The translations under genes were made by a program, and so were the position numbers. The notes beneath the pieces were generated by a model, which was not told the DNA's origin, searched no databases, and saw only the letters and a list, made by a program, of their open reading frames with translations. A stretch of DNA of 64,000 bases from Takakia lepidozioides. Its lineage: Eukaryota; Plantae; Bryophyta. Below are positions 61,774-64,000 of the stretch, one piece after another. The stretch is from assembly GCA_030704615.1 (NCBI GenBank), contig CM060733.1, forward strand, positions 22,382,001-22,446,000, written 5' to 3'. Within the stretch, counting starts at the first letter, position 1. Each line of letters opens with the position of its first letter.

Positions 61774-64000
61774 ATGCCACCTCTGTCAGTTCCCTCTGTT
61801 TATGGGGAAGGTGCTTGCACGCTCGCCTCCCCACGCTTTTTGTCAGACGCCACAATTATTGGTTTGTGCAGCGCATCTGCACTGGTCATATACCTTCTGA
61901 CTGCATACCATTGGCAGTTATTGCGCAAAGGCCAGGGGCCGCATTCCTGGACTACAACAAGTTTGCAATTAAATCCGTTACATGCCTTCCCGCAGACGTC
62001 GACGGTAATATCTTCTTTGAGTTCCCTCCTCGAACGGAGTATTCGAGGGCGTCCGGAATGTTGATAGATATGGATAGGAAACATGACGGTCATCTTTGGT
62101 GCATCACCAAAACCACCAGCATGAAGATGCTCAATGGTGTGCGGGTGCGCTACGTTGTTTGTGCAGGCGCGTTGCGGTGTTTCTCCCCAACTTGCTTCCA
62201 CTTTAAATCCAGAGGTCACAGGAACGAGACGGATTGGACAGACACGGCTCATCAACCATTTCGAGCTCAGGAGAAGGTTTCAAACTCCACATTGCAAAGA
62301 ACCACCACATTGCGTGTCTGTTTATAATGCCAAGCAGTTCTATGTGTTGCACCGTTTCCCTGACCTCACACGAGCTTGCATACACGTTGGTTCCCATTGT
62401 CACAAATTGGCGAGGGGTAACTCGCGGGAGGCTACCCACGAGGCAGAGTAGCTCGTTCAAGAGGAGGTTAAGTTGAGACCTGGTGCCAAACCCAAACAGA
62501 TACAGCTGCAGGCCGCCCATAAGATGGCATTGGCCAGAATTATGTCGGAAGACGGCTCCGACAAAGTTTCTTTCGATGAGAAGGAAATGGAGGCATTGCT
62601 GGAGTCAGTGTTCCACGTCTATTCACCAAATGTCCGAAACCACATTGTCTCCTGCAAATAGAGAATTGGGCGTGGCTCGGATATGCACTCTATTCTGGAG
62701 GTGAAGCAACGATGTGGATATGACTACATTCATGGAAGTAGATTTCCAGGACAAGGGACTGAGGTAGATTGTTGTTTCGTATTCAAATGTCAACGGGTGG
62801 GCCTGGCAGCGGCGTCGAACTTGTCCACCGGATGACGAGTGGGGACTTTGTCAAACAGTTGGGTCATGTTTACCATATCAAGCGAATTACAAATCACTAG
62901 TGGGTGGACAATGGTGCACATGTCCTACGACACCACTGCAGGATGCTAATGACAATTGTTATTTGTGAGATGAAAAGAGAGGACACACAATCGGAGATGC
63001 TTCTTTGGGAGGGAATAAACGAACAGATGGCCAGGGCAAGGGATTTCCCCCTCCCAATATTTCCGTGGTTTCATGGCGGACAACGCACAAGCAAATTGCG
63101 GCTGCCATCCGAAGGGTGTACGGGGGGGAAGACCCCAATGTTCCGATTGAAAAGCAAGGAGAGATCTTGTGTTCCATTTTCTGCAGAGCTTGTCGCAGTA
63201 AACAACCAGGCTCGTGGCGCCAGATTTCAGAGAGGAGCACCGTTCCATGTGTCTTGCGTGAAGCGTGCTCCCACCTTGGATGATGCAGAGACACAGTTTG
63301 CATGTATCGGGCTTGGTGGACAACGTTAGGTGCTTGTAAATGTAAAAATCAGACGGGGAGCAGCAATGGTCAGTTGGCTAGCATGGTTGGCATTATCGTT
63401 TCCTCCAGTTCGGCGACTATATGCGGGAGGTGAGTTGGACGAATTTGCGTTCCGTTGAAATTATGCTAGCTATCATTATTTGTAATTTGTTTGTAATCTG
63501 ATGAATGTGCATGTGCAGGAAATGTGTCTCGACTCCGACACCGACATGCCGACAACAAACATGGCCGAATCAGTACATTCTTCCTGGCGTGCCTCAATCT
63601 CGCGGCGCATCTGGTGGACATCCTCACTGCCACAACGGAGGACATTGTGAGGTCAATTATGCAGCAATGCAGGTACAACAAGTTCTTGAAAGGGAAACAG
63701 TGGGGCTTGGGGCCGGACAGACAAGAAATGCTGATGCGGACTGCCTCCAAATCGAAAGAAATCCTCGCAAGTGGGCAGCAGCCTTGCCGAGAGGGCCTTT
63801 GGGACACGCCATTGCTTCGAAGTGGCCAACACTTGGAAGGAGATGTTCACCCCTGTCGAGTGAGACGAAGACTTGACGAGGCATTTGGCGGAGAAGAGGA
63901 TTCATGGCGAGCTGACAGAGATATTCGCACGCTCCCTCGTGGTCCCGTTGATGTTGTCCGAGGAGGTCTTGTCGAGCACCGCAAGTCCGATGTCTGAACA
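61774..64000 (+). pseudogene. Mutator-like transposase, family B (frameshifted, runs off the window)
   Basis: MDRKHDGHLWCITKT, FPGQG, MTIVICEMKRED, GFMADNAQAN, ERSCxFH and PTTNMAESVHSSW. Collinear with the family A transposase. Confidence 0.78.

Larger units (their letters stand above)
53746..64000. mobile_element. Mutator-like element, family B (TIR, MTase-like gene, cargo ORFs, 96-bp array, transposase; continues beyond the window)
   Basis: TIR GGGGGCTGCTATTTCATGAGCGGCATGAGC at 53746. Same divergent accessory-gene/transposase layout as family A. Confidence 0.7.

Noticed and set aside
1-64000. Bacterial or phage origin of the contig, suggested by ParB- and MTase-like domains
   Set aside because: Spliceosomal introns, LTR/PBS structures, CACTA and MULE elements and a Dof gene show eukaryotic plant-lineage DNA.

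Overview
Eukaryotic, intron-containing, transposon-dense DNA. It is most likely from a streptophyte, probably a non-seed land plant (inferred from a Dof zinc-finger gene, tRNA-Met-primed LTR elements, CACTA and Mutator-like elements). Most of the window is nested mobile DNA: a Ty1/copia remnant, three LTR families, a chromovirus and a CACTA with TIRs and TSD. One host-type gene is present, a divergent Dof. Two systems stand out. (1) Two diverged families of Mutator-like elements (A: ~31.3-41.4 kb; B: 53.7-64 kb plus end fragments at 16-17 kb and 50.7-52.4 kb). Each pairs a GCM/WRKY-like-DDE(-SWIM) transposase with a divergently transcribed, spliced accessory gene. That gene encodes a beta-class N6-adenine/N4-cytosine methyltransferase-like fold, with an N-terminal ParB/Srx-like DGNHR domain visible in A. 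Each family carries its own palindromic DNA motif in the orthologous intron; in B the motif is also amplified as a 96-bp tandem array. (2) Two Ty3/gypsy copies encode a C5-cytosine methyltransferase just upstream of RT in the polyprotein (between protease and RT in the more complete copy). All protein assignments come from motifs recognised by eye; no searches were run. Coordinates of decayed features are approximate.
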